NCBI RefSeq assembly: GCF_004010195.1
Contig: NC_057719.1
Location: forward strand, 67,397,065-67,460,867
Length of the DNA: 63,803 nucleotides
Direction: 5' to 3'
Source: Chiloscyllium plagiosum
Taxonomy: Eukaryota
Shown: positions 25,600-37,312 of the stretch, piece by piece
Numbering within the stretch: position 1 is the stretch's first letter
Layout of the letters: each line of letters starts with the position of its first letter
The notes under the pieces: generated by a model
Told to the model about the DNA's origin: nothing
The model's database searches: none
Seen by the model: only the letters and a program-made list of their open reading frames with translations
Translations under genes and position numbers: made by a program

Positions 25600-26540
25600 C
25601 AGCAAATCCCTAAAGTACTGTGACCTCCTGTACCTGCTGCCTGCCCTTAAAGGGGGAAGCAGCAGATGAAGGTCCATAAAAGCAGCGGAGAATGATGAGA
25701 CACACAGAGACCTCACTGTCAATTTCTTCAATTGTTTGAAAGATAGCTTTAAACAAAAAAATATTTCATGGGATATAGGCATTACTGGCCGAACCAGCAT
25801 TTCTTGCCCATCCTAAATGCCCAGAGTAAAGGGTCAACTACATCTGGAGTCCCATGTAGACCATTCATGGAAAGGACAGCAAGTTTCCTTCCATTAGTGA
25901 ATCAGCAATGAATAGTGGTGTCAGGGTCATCATTAGAATATCTTTTTTTTATTCTAGACTTTTTAAAATTGTATTGACCAAATTTCATGATGGGATTCAA
26001 ACCCATGACCTCAGTACATTAGACAGGCGACTGGATTACCAGTCCAGTAACATTACTACTACACCACTGTCTCCCCACAGTGCAGGTGCTGATTAACCTC
26101 ATATCCTTGGCAAACTGTATAAACTGCTGGAGCTGGATTAACATTCAGAAAGATAGGGTGACAATCCCATCCCAGTAGCCATCAAGATCACAGCTGCCCT
26201 GAATGTTTATGCAATGGCTTGTTTAAAGAGCCAGTTGGGTACCTGTGTGGCATCTACAAAACCTCAAGCAATAAATATATCCAGGACGTAATTGACACCA
26301 TTTTTTCCAGATCACAGTAATTCACATATTTCTCTCATGATGAGGAGACTCCAGTCTGGGGCAATGGGTTTGTTCACAACTGCTGGATATCCAAAGGTGC
26401 AGGAGACCATACACTGTGTCAAGTTTGCTTTGAAAGTACCCTATATCCAGCCTGCAGAGCTGGTTAATGGAAAAGGCTTCCAATCCCTAAATGTTCTTGT
26501 TTACTGGAAAACTTTCAGGTTCCTGCCTCCTTCCAAGGTC
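25600..26540 (+). pseudogene. PIF/Harbinger transposase fossil, interrupted by a SINE
   Basis: 26170-26500 reads PVAIKITAALNVYA, GYLCGI, YIQDVIDTIFSR, AGYPKVQETIHCVKFALKVP, ELVNGKGFQSLNV (cf. AGFPxVxGxIDCTHVAI..VNRKGFHSLNVQ). First catalytic Asp mutated. The left boundary upstream of the SINE is tentative. Confidence 0.75.
25765..26078 (-). mobile_element. tRNA-derived SINE (same family as 59743-60085)
   Basis: Plus strand GGGATTCAAACCC (B box, reverse) and CTGGATTACCAGTCCAGTAACATTACTACTACACCAC (head, reverse). Confidence 0.7.
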
Positions 26541-26811
26541 CTCAGACTATGCAGGGATGGTGTTGGAAGAGAAGCTACAGTCAACGAGTTTTTAAGCTTG
26601 TGACAGATATGCCATGCCTCTTGATTACAACTTCTTTCATCTTAGTCTGAAGAGGCTCCTCACCTCTCACATATGTACACCATAACCAGTTCAGACAGCA
26701 AAAATTACAGTAGAGCGGATATTTTAACACAGGAAGTGAAGAGATGTTTACAAAAAAGAAAGTTATTTACAATGATATTTCACCCATCACACCTATGTGT
26801 CCTCAGTAAAT

Positions 26812-27152
26812 TCATAGAATCCCTACAATGTGAAAGAAGCCATTTGGCCCAACAAGTCCACAATCTCCTTCTGAAGAATAGCCCACCCAGATCCATTCCC
26901 CTGACCCGATTACTCTACATTTCCCCTGACTAATACATCTAACCTACATGTCCCTGAACACTAGGGCAACCTAGCATGGCCAATTCACCTGACTTGCACA
27001 TCTTTGGATCGTGGGAGGAAACCGGTGCACCTGAAGGAAACCCACGCAGACATGGGGAGAATGTACAAACTCCACACAGATAGTCGCCCGAGGCTGGAAT
27101 CCAACTTGGGTCCCTGGCACTGGTGAGGCAGCAGTGCTAACCACTGAGTTAC
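26812..27152 (-). mobile_element. HE1-type SINE, older copy; a second SINE head fragment follows at ~27160-27268
   Basis: GGGAGGAAACCGG, GGAAACCCACGCAGACATGGGGAGAATG, GAGGCAGCAGTGCTAACCACTG. Confidence 0.85.
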
Positions 27153-27633
27153 CCAAAATTTGAATTCATTTTCACTTTCTGCCATGATGGGAATTGAACC
27201 GATGTTGCTAGAGCACTAGCCTGGGGCTCTGGGTTACTAGTCCAGTGACTTTACCACTATGCTACCACTTTTATTTCCTTCCTCTCCCTCTCACTACATT
27301 CAAAGTACAGCGCAAACTTAGGCTACTGGGGTAAAGGAATCCTGTGCTGTAAATGGCCTTCTTGACATGGAAGACTTGGTAGTCGTCCCTGTGAACTTGC
27401 GCAGTGAATGTGTCCTGCCCAGATGCAGCTCACTCTCCTCAGCTTGAACTTCTGCATGCTTTGGGATCAGACCGAGGCCGGAGTGGGAGATAAAGGTGCT
27501 AGGCACCTCTGGGTTGTCCTGTATGTGGATCCTTCCCCTTATTGGTCCTGTTGGCACCACCCAGAGTCCTCGAGAGGAATGGACACCTGGAGTGAGGTTG
27601 CTGTCCTTTAACACCCCCACCCCCCTTCCTTAC

Positions 27634-27800
27634 CTTGTTATTGATGCTGAACTCCTGTAGTTGGAACAATGGTGTGCAGTCTGTGCATATTATCAGCAGA
27701 CACCGGTGGAACAGGACATGGCTTTCTATGCCAGTTGCTAAACCCTTTATGGAGACACAGATTTGGGGCATTTCTTCCTTGACCAGCAGTGATGCGTCCA
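27634..27800 (-). pseudogene. Possible Myb/SANT-like accessory ORF relic of the Harbinger element
   Basis: Convergent with the transposase, ends at a donor-like AAG|GTAAGG, weak peptide similarity only (EEMPQICVSIKGLATGIESHVLFH). Confidence 0.25.
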
Positions 27801-28719
27801 AAAGATTGTATTCCCAAATCTAATCTAGATAGAATTCCCACTAAGGTGGAAGTTTCTTAGCTGGTTAATGGTTCAGGTAAAAACCTTTGCCTCTCTTGTC
27901 ACACAATTTCATGACAAGGGTGATGAACCACAATTTACATAACTAATGAGGTGAAAAGTGGAAATTGCATGAGAAAGGTTGCTCCAAATCATGAAGGAAT
28001 GCTTCTCCTGAATCTCACTCAACAAAACATTTCAACTGCAAATGGGAATTTATATTCATAGTCCAGGACCTCCAGGTTGGATAAATTTAATTTAGTATTG
28101 ATTTTCAATGGTCACAGAAATTCCAAGGTTAATTCCCTTTCTGTTCTAAGTCGGCTCACCTCAACAAAGTTAGCTGGAAAGCGTTTTACAATTAATTTAG
28201 AGAGACAAAACATTTCTTCAAATTATACCTACTATTACTAGGAAAGAAGGTAATAGATGCAATTTCTTTGTCACAGTGAGTCCTTTGTCAGAAATAATGA
28301 CATTGTTGCTGATCAACTGGCCTTTTCTTTACTGAGCTGGCAAGGAGACCAGGTTCATTCAACATTTCAAGTTGCTATCCAATGATTGCCATCAGAAAAT
28401 GCATTTGTGTAGAGGTCAATTGATATTGTGGTCAAACCGAGTTGTGTTGGTTCATACAGTCAGATACCCAAGGTTGAGGCTCATACATGAGGAATGCTAT
28501 TTTCATAAGGTGAAAAGGAGCTGTTTGAAAATATACATTGAAATGAGTTGACACTATTAGGGCAGGAAGGGGCAAAACTGAACAAAAGAAATTGTGACTT
28601 CATAAATGTACTCTGTCGTTTGTATTATTTTATGCAAGGGTATAATGAACAGATGCCTTCACAAGATAAGGGCTAAACGATGCATAAATGTGGCTCTGTG
28701 TTATTGACATTTACACAAA

Positions 28720-30545
28720 CATGAGAATTAGAAGTAGAAGTAAGCCCCTTAGCCCCTCTAGCTGATTCTCTCATTCAATTAGGTCATGACTAATTCAGCC
28801 TATGCCTGAAACCCTGCATCTCCTTGCTTATCAAGAATTGATGCACCCCCTGCCTTAAAAATAGTCAAAGACTCTTCTTTCATTACCTTTTGAGGAAGAA
28901 AATTCAAAAGACTCACAACTCTTTCAGAGAAATAAATTGTCATAATCCTTGCCTCAATTGGTCAATTCTTTTGAAAAAATGATCCCTCATTCAAGGTTTT
29001 CCACAAGTGGAAACATCTTTTTCTCTTCCACCCTTTCATGACCCCTCAGAATCTTATATGTTTCAGTCAAGTCACCTAAACTCCAATAGAAACAATTCTA
29101 GTCTCACCTACCCATCAATTCAAAATATCAATCTAGTAGACCTTGACTGAACAACTTCGAATACACTTAACATCCTTCCTTAAATAAATATTTCACATAG
29201 TGTTCAACATGTGCTCTCACCAATGTCTAGTATAACCTCCCTACTTTTGTATTAAATTCTCCACACAATAAATGCTAACATTTTCAGCTTTCTCAATTAA
29301 ATATTGTACCTACATTTTAAACTTTTGCAATTCATGCACTAGGATACAGAGATCCCATGACATTGACAGCTCTGAAATACTTTGTTAATTTTATATTATA
29401 TTTTGTTTTTATTCTTCATGCCAAATTGGATGGTTTTATACTTTCCTACATTATACTTTACATACCAGATCAGTATACTCACTCAACCAGTCTACATCCA
29501 TTTGGAGCTTCTTTATATCCTCTTCATAACTTACTTTCCTACCTTTTTTTGTATCATTGGCAAATTTAGCTAGCATGACTTCAGTCTCTTCATCCAAGTC
29601 ATTTATATAAATTGTGAACAGTTGAGGACCCAACTCTGATCACCATGGCACACCATGCATTACACCTTGCCAACCATAAAATGACCCATTTATGCATAGT
29701 CTGTTTCCTATTAGCTAACCAATCTTCTCTTAATGCTGATATGTTGCCCCCTATTAGTTTCAGTTATAACATTTCATGAGGTACCTTATCGAATGCCTTC
29801 TGTAAATTCTAATACAGGATATCCACTGAATCCTTTTAATTCAAAGTACATATTACTTTGTCAACAAATTCCAATAAATTGACTAAATGCAATTTCTCTT
29901 CCACAAAATCAAGTTGACTCTGCCTGATTATATTGAACTTTTGTCATGCTGTAATGACTTTAATAACAGCTTCTGATATCTTCCCTATGACAGATGTTAA
30001 GCTTTTCTGTCTCCCTCCTTTTTTCAATAAAGGAGTTACATTTACTATTTCCTAATTTAATGGAACTTTTCCCAAATCAAATAAATTTTGGAAATTTAAA
30101 ATTACCTATCTCACTAGTTACTTCTTTTAAGATCTTATAATGAAGTCAATCAGAACCTAGGGTCTTGCCACCGTGCTGCTCAGTAACGACTCCCTGATTG
30201 TAATTTTCTTGAGTTCCTCCCTTCCTCCCATTTCCAGATTTACAAATAATTCTGGGATGTACTTGCATTCTCTATAGAGAGGATTGATTCAAAGTCCCTA
30301 CTCAATCCATTTGCTGTTCATTATTTTCTATTATTAATTCCCCTAACTCACTTTGTTTTTACAGGACCAATGTTCACTTTGTCAACTCTTTTCCTTTTTA
30401 AACATCTATAGGAACTCTTACTATCCTATTTTGTATTTCCAGCCAACTTTTACTTGTACTTTTTTTCTCTCTTATTGATCTTATAGTCAATATTTGCTGT
30501 TTTTTATACTCTGTCCAATCTTTTGATCTGCCAATCATCTTTGCG
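28720..30545 (-). mobile_element. Degenerate CR1 LINE
   Basis: ORF 29451-29633 GPQLFTIYINDLDEETEVMLAKFANDTK; AFDKVPH-like GAGGTACCTTATCGAATGCC; 3' UTR near 28720. Confidence 0.85.
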
Positions 30546-31169
30546 CAATAACCATCTTCATAAAAAAGAGTTTTATTGGTTTATGTATTTCTGCCAGACT
30601 GTTAATATAGAATGAAGCCAATGATGATGCAAGGTATAAATGGTACTATAAAATAGAACCTTATTTCTTTTACAATTTTAAGTAATTAATATTTATTTGA
30701 GGCACAATGATACAAACTTAGAGAAACACAATCTCTCATTATTTACTGACAATCATGCTAAAGCAATTAGTTAATTAGAAAAGTGATCCTTTAGGTAATT
30801 CAGTCTTGAACCATATGCTTATGAGTTAAGTGACTCATTATAAAATAGTCTGGACCATGAGGTTAACTTCAAACAAGCCCTACTTCTGTCAGTAAAGATT
30901 TTATTTACTACTGTTATTCTGATTGCCAGCTCAGCTCCTCGTGACTCTGAACAAAGATCAACTGAAACCGAAGAAGAATTTTTGGTGATAATAACCTATA
31001 TACTAACAAGTGCAAAAGAATCTCTTGCACCTACATTATCAAAGTAATCCTTTCCATTAAGGTACAAAATATGAGTCTGATCAGCACAGATGTGTGTACA
31101 ATTTGTCTGGAAACATCAAGATTTCTTTACTTCAGTCAGGAATGAGATTTCAGAAAGAACTAATTGAAC

Positions 31170-31665
31170 ACAAAATTACAAGAATTAATTGCAAGAGTAA
31201 GCCCCACAAGCCTTCTGCACCATTCGATAAGATGGTGTCAACTCCATTCTCCTATCCATACCCCATTACCCTTGGTTCCCTTGTCAATCATAAATCTGTC
31301 TAAATCAGCCCTGAATATTCAGTGACACAGCCTCCACTGCTTTCTGATGAAGTGAATTTCACAGTCTTACAACCCTCTGAGTCTCCTCAATGCAGTATAA
31401 ATGAGAAATCCCAAATTATTAAACTGTACCCCTTAATTCCAGACACCCCCACAAGAACAACATCTTTTCGGCAGTAACTCAGTCACTCCCTGCAGGATCT
31501 TATAGGTTTCAAAACGTTCACCTCTCATTCTTCAATTCCAGCTATAAGCTCAATGTGTTCAACCTTTTCTCAATTGATCACTCCTTCATCACAGGATTCA
31601 GTGGAGTGAACCTTCTCTGAACTGCTTCTCATGCAATTATGTCCTACCTTTAGTAAAGTGACCAG
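31170..31665 (-). mobile_element. Degenerate CR1 3' fragment
   Basis: ACAGCCTCCACTGC, CACCTCTCATTCTT, GTGAACCTTCTCTGAACTGC (VQRRFT, reverse). Confidence 0.7.
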
Positions 31666-33554
31666 CTGCTAGGTTAGACATCAACCTACAGATGTCAGTG
31701 TCTGCGTACTGTGTTGGGTATTTTTCAATGATAGTAATTCTGTGTTTGGCAAGCAAAAGAGAGGATGGTCTGAAATGATGGCTTATGACTCCTGTGCCAA
31801 ATCTCAAACTGGCCACAAGGGAGTTATAATGGCTCTCATACTGTTGCAGAGATAGTCACAGAATGCACATTTGGCACTTTCAAAATGTGATTCAGCTGTT
31901 TAGATCTCTTAGGGGGCAGATCACACTAAGTCCCGGAAAAGCTTGTGAATATTTTGTTTGCTGTTGCATGTCTCACAACACGGAATGTTTCATATTCCTG
32001 CTATCACTAAAAGAACTAATGGTAAATGTTACAGGGAATATCCAAGGTGATGCACATGGATATGTCATGTGGTATCTGGATATATCTTTTATCCAGTTAA
32101 ATCTGAATGTTTTCTGCAAGACAGTTTTGATACTGCCAACATATGTCTACAGCAACATACTATGATTGATAAAGGTGATGAAGCAAATGTTCGCTGATTG
32201 AGTTTGCTCCTTATATGATCAATAGGACAGTAGTTGCAAAGGGGAAACCAAGTACGTCAATGCGTCCAATATTGGTGAGATGGTGAGTTGCCTGAAAATA
32301 AGGGCATTGAATTAACTGCTTGGGGAAACAGCAGTGACTTACATAATTCTGTGATGATGGTTATAAAAAAGCAAAGCAGAAAGTTTCTTGCTTGCACAAT
32401 CGAACTATATATGTCTTTACACTGCTGGTTGATTAATGCAGCACTTATTACATGCCTGTGGATGAGTTTGACTTCAGGTCAACACAGTCACCACCTCCCT
32501 TGTGAATGATAGGCTTAGCAAGCATGGCTTCTCTGACATATTGAGGTGCACATGCCTCACTCTATAAATTTAAATTCAAGGCCACTGCTGATTCTACAGC
32601 CTGACCTGCATCGCACCTTCAAAGGACCTCCCCTTCCACCATAAAATGCAAGTTTTCAGGAATTAATTACTTTTACTAGGCTTAGGCAAAATTGACAGTT
32701 ATCATAAAGCTGCCTCAACAACTAAATTCAAAGAAGAAAAAACAAATAAAACTGCAGTTTTCATGGAGGCTTATTAATTGCAATTCCGTGAAAAGCTGAT
32801 CCCTGAAAACTCTGCTGATCTAGTTTATATGGCCAGGTAAACTGATGAACAATCATTTTAACTTTAGGGCTTATTCATTGAAATTCAGTTATAGCTAGAT
32901 ATCCACCTGCAATGACTTATATCCTATTCCTGCATTGCAACCCCTGGTGATCCAGGGATTTAACCTTAGCCTCTTATTTCTGTCCATTGTAATATTGCAC
33001 ACTAGGGCATAAAAAGCACTTGCATTCAGTATACTTTGACACAAATCAAAAGAAATGCATCAGTTAACATATTTCCATTATTTGCGTATTATTAAAATGA
33101 ACCTGTTCATATATGGCTAAACTATCCTGTATCGAATAGTGAATGGTGTAAAGTATTTGTGAGCCTATGGCTCAGTCTGTTCAGTAACATCAGTGTTGGA
33201 GGGATAAAAATTCAGGCTGCTTTGTTGTGTGCTTCGTTTGACTGGGAACTGTCTTGGTTGTGGCTTATTGAAAACCACTTGCTCTTAAAAGATGTTGGAT
33301 GTGGAGTGCCAGCGTGGAGATAATAGTTGTCACACAGCAGTTGCATGGCCATTCAGAAGCTGTAAGATGCCCAAAGGACCTTCCCTCCAGTAAAGCTCAT
33401 TCCGTCTCTACTGTGAACTAGATTTGGATTGCACCTCTGAGTCTGTCCTGGTTGTGTCTGTTACTTTTAATCCTTACCAGTTGCTACTTGATGTTCTCCA
33501 TCAGATGATTCCTCAGACTCCTCAGAGCATACGCAAAAACAGTTGATGATCTCT

Positions 33555-33715
33555 ACTCAGTAGATTAATGACTCATTTTGACAGCATTCTGTCCAAATTT
33601 CCAAAGAAACTTTCATTTTCAAGCTGCCAACAGCGTATAGATTGTTTTTGTTCTTTGCGACCTCTGCCACAAACACCTCAAGCTTGGTGTTAAAACAAGC
33701 CTTGCTCCAGTTTTA
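33555..33715 (-). pseudogene. Myb/SANT-like DNA-binding domain relic (Harbinger accessory protein, NAIF1/MSANTD-like)
   Basis: Minus frame reads KACFNTKLEVFVAEVAKNKNNLYAVGSLKMKVSLEIWTECCQ, matching the pattern F..ELEVLV.EV....LF......K..W..I. Confidence 0.5.
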
Positions 33716-35039
33716 ATCTTTCGGCACTACTGCTCAAAATGTTGCTTCACTCAGTTATTTTCTCTCTATGTTATACTTCATCAGAATAGCCTTAGGACTA
33801 ACTAACCCTTTTGTTTCTTTCTTGTATTTTTGATGCTTACCTAGATCAGTATTGTTCTTGCTCAGGAAATTAAGATTTCTAATTTTGCTAATTAGTATTA
33901 ACAAAAAGGATTATTGCTTAGATTTAGCTAGCATAAAGCAAAGCATTCTTCCTAGATCTCGACAATATGTTTTAATCTGAAGTGAAAAAAACATGCCCGC
34001 TCCTATTCAAGTCAGTGCAAATAGATTATTAGTGCTGTTCACTGCACTATCTTTCTGAATTATATTTTTGACTCAAGCCTGACTCCCTGCTCCTTTCTAT
34101 TCCAATCTATTAAAACACTTTTACACTGAGGGAGTGCCATCAACCATAAAATCACAACACTCCACTGTCAATGACACTTTCTAATATAAAGCAAGTGGCC
34201 TCCAGAAATGTAAAAGCATTGAAGACTTAGGTCCTAAAACCTATCTTCGTATCTGCACTTAAATCTGAACATTTGGAAATGAATTTATATTGCTTTCTGT
34301 CAGCTAATTATTGGTTGCAGCCTATACTAGACCTTAGATCAAAACACCACAAAAGCACAAACAGGAAGGGCAGAGACCAGACATTGATCAATGTTTAGCC
34401 ACTTCTTTCCCAAGGTCCCTAAAACACACCTAACAATCCTTCTAACAGATCGCATTGATCACAAAACACAATGCAGTGGAGACGTCAATTCAAAATTAAT
34501 AAATTGAACTGGAGCCCCACAAAATCTGACATCGGAAAGTCATTCCTTACTGTCTCAATATGAAACAAAGTATGTTTCATACCACGTGCCTTTGCAAAGG
34601 AAAATAGAAATTCTAAGAGTTTAAAAAGGAGCCTACAACCAACTGGTTCAGCTTCTGTGAGGAGGATATTGCATGATATAAAGATAAAGGTTTTGTTAAT
34701 TAAAAATGGCAGGCAAACAATCATTGCATGAGACTCCCAATTTATTCAGTCGATTGGCCAAATTTTCCTATGGCCTGATTGTCATTTTTCAAGCATGTAC
34801 AGGAGTTCTGCATGGGACTCTATGGAAACTCCATTAAAGCATACTGTGAAAAAATACCCAAGAAATTTAACTTTTCGTTGGACAATTACCCAATGCCTGG
34901 AACCCTCTGAAATTCTTCATTTAATTCAGAGCATTCAGAGGGTTCTGATGAAATTAAGTAAATGAATAAAATAGTTATTCAGGAAAGTTTCAAATACATC
35001 CCCTAATTCCTCAATAACAATTTAATTGTCCTCCCACTT

Positions 35040-35660
35040 AGTTCACACACCTCCAACATCACCTCTGCCAAACTCCTTACAATCCCTGGCATCTGAGTTC
35101 ACACAACCAGGGGGCTCAATTCCCCTTTCCAGCTCCACCCTGACCCCCTTTCCCTACCATTCAGCTGTGCAGTGCCACACCCAACCCCAATAACTGGTGA
35201 GCCACTCTGAAGCTGAGCCCTGCTGCCTCTCTGGCTCAGACCACCCTACCATCATAGTTAAACCTCCAGACCTGACACCTACCCCACCCAAACAACCAGA
35301 CATGACACCCAATTTCTCCCACCCATCTCATTCCTGAAATACTGCAAGCCCTTGCACAAGATCTACTTGGCATCCCACTCAGGCACCCGACCTAGCTGGC
35401 AGCTTAGCCATCTGTCATCCTATCCATGGCACCCTGCCCCTTCTCATCTGGCACCCTCTCCAGATGGCATCATTCTTACTTGGCACCTTGACATCTTACT
35501 CACCCGAAACCCTATACTCTAAACATCTGGCATTCTACCCTTTGGTACCCTACCTGTACCCTACCAGCACTCTACACATCTGACACCTGACTAAGCAGCA
35601 TCCTCCCTACCCATCTGTACCCTACTGTCCCAGTACTCCAACATCATACTCATTTCATCC
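35040..35660. repeat. C-rich degenerate low-complexity array
   Basis: Recurrent TGGCACCCT/TGGCATC/CTGACACC/ACCCTAC units; strong C>G skew. Confidence 0.6.
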
Positions 35661-36244
35661 TATGTTGTGTATACTGACTGCATCTATCAAGGAAGCTGTT
35701 AGGTCCTTTAAATTTTAGAATACAAAGATGACTGTTGTGTAAAGGGGATGTGCTTTGCCTTTTACTGACTGTGGTGTCCTCAGAAAGAACAGTTCAAATG
35801 AAAGTAGGGTCTGCATTTCCATGGGGGCCCTGAGTGGACTTTTTTGTCAGGAATATGGAACTCCTTACTTTTATGGAAAAAAAAACAAAGAAAACCCAGC
35901 CCAATGCATTGTTTCAATGATGGGGATTGTACAAACTAAGAAAATGGCTCTTACTGACTAAATTCATTTCATGTAGGAGTCTTGTTGCAGGCAAAGTCAA
36001 GCACTGTCATCATTCTAATCTGATAGAAGTCAAAAACAATTTTTGTAATAGACAGTGACCAAATCCTCAAAGGTCCAAAATGTCCACAAGAAGAGCTAAT
36101 AAAATAAATCTAAATATTAACATAAGGTGCAAAATTCCAAAGGCACAGAAATAAAAGGAAGGAAAGATAACAATTGTAACAAAGCTACTAAGGGCTGGAT
36201 AGGATGCTATCAGAGACAGCAACTGAAAAATGGCAAAAACTGTT

Positions 36245-37312
36245 TTTTTATTATTTCATGTGATGTGAGAACTGCTGACAAGACCACATTTATTGCTCAT
36301 GCCTAATTGTCCTCAAGAAAATGGTGATGAGTCACTTTCTTAAATGATTGCAATTCACCTGGTTTAGATATACTCTCAGTGCTGCAGAATTTTGATCTTG
36401 TGACCATGACGGAATAGCAATGAGGAGGAGTGTTTGGAGGGGAACTTACAGCTTGTGGTGTTCCCATATGGCTGTTGCTCATGTTCTCCCAGGTGACAGA
36501 GGTTGTGGGTTTGGAGAGTGTTATTACAGGAAGTTCAGCAAGATCCTGCAGTGTATCTTGCAGATGGTACAAACTGCTGTCACTGCATTCTTATGAAGGG
36601 AGCGAATACTTAATGTGATGGATGTGGAGCCAATCAGGCAGATTATTTTTGCCTGGATAACCTTGATTCTCGAGTGCCTTTGGAGCTGCACTCATTACAC
36701 AGATGAAGTATTTCCATCACATTCTTGACTTGTACCTTATAGAAAATGGACAAGGTTTGGGAATGTATGAGGTGAGATACTCAGCGCAGAATTCCCAAAC
36801 TCTGATCTTCTGTTCTGGCCACAGTATTTATGTGGATGATCTGTTCAGTTTCTGGTTAACAGGATATTGATGGTGAGGTTTCAGTGATGGCAATGTGTCA
36901 AGGGGTAATGGTTGGATCCTTTTTGTTTGAAATGGTCATGACATAACATTTGTATGGAGTGATATTTCTTGTTGCTTATCAACCTGAGCCTGAGTGTTGA
37001 CCGATCTTGCTGCATATGAACACAGACAGCATTAGTATCAGCATCAGTACTGCAACCAATACTGAACACTATGTTATCATTACTGACCATCCCTGCCTTC
37101 TTAATATGGAGCGAAGGTCATTGATATTGATGGATGAGCCCAAGGATGTAATGATAAACCAGGACTGTAATTATTTGTCTATGACAACCACAACTTTTCT
37201 TTCCCCTAGGTATGATTTTAAACAGTGAAGAACTTTCCCCCGACACCAATTTATGCCAATTTTTCAAATGCTTCTTGATGTCATACTTGGTCAAATTGGC
37301 TTGATGTCAAGG
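36245..37312 (-). mobile_element. Old CR1/L2-group LINE 3' portion
   Basis: Reverse motifs CTTGATGTCAA (LDIK), CATTAGTATCAGCA (ADT), TTGGAGCTGCACTC; 3' end CATTTATTGCTCATGCCTAATTG. Confidence 0.65.
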
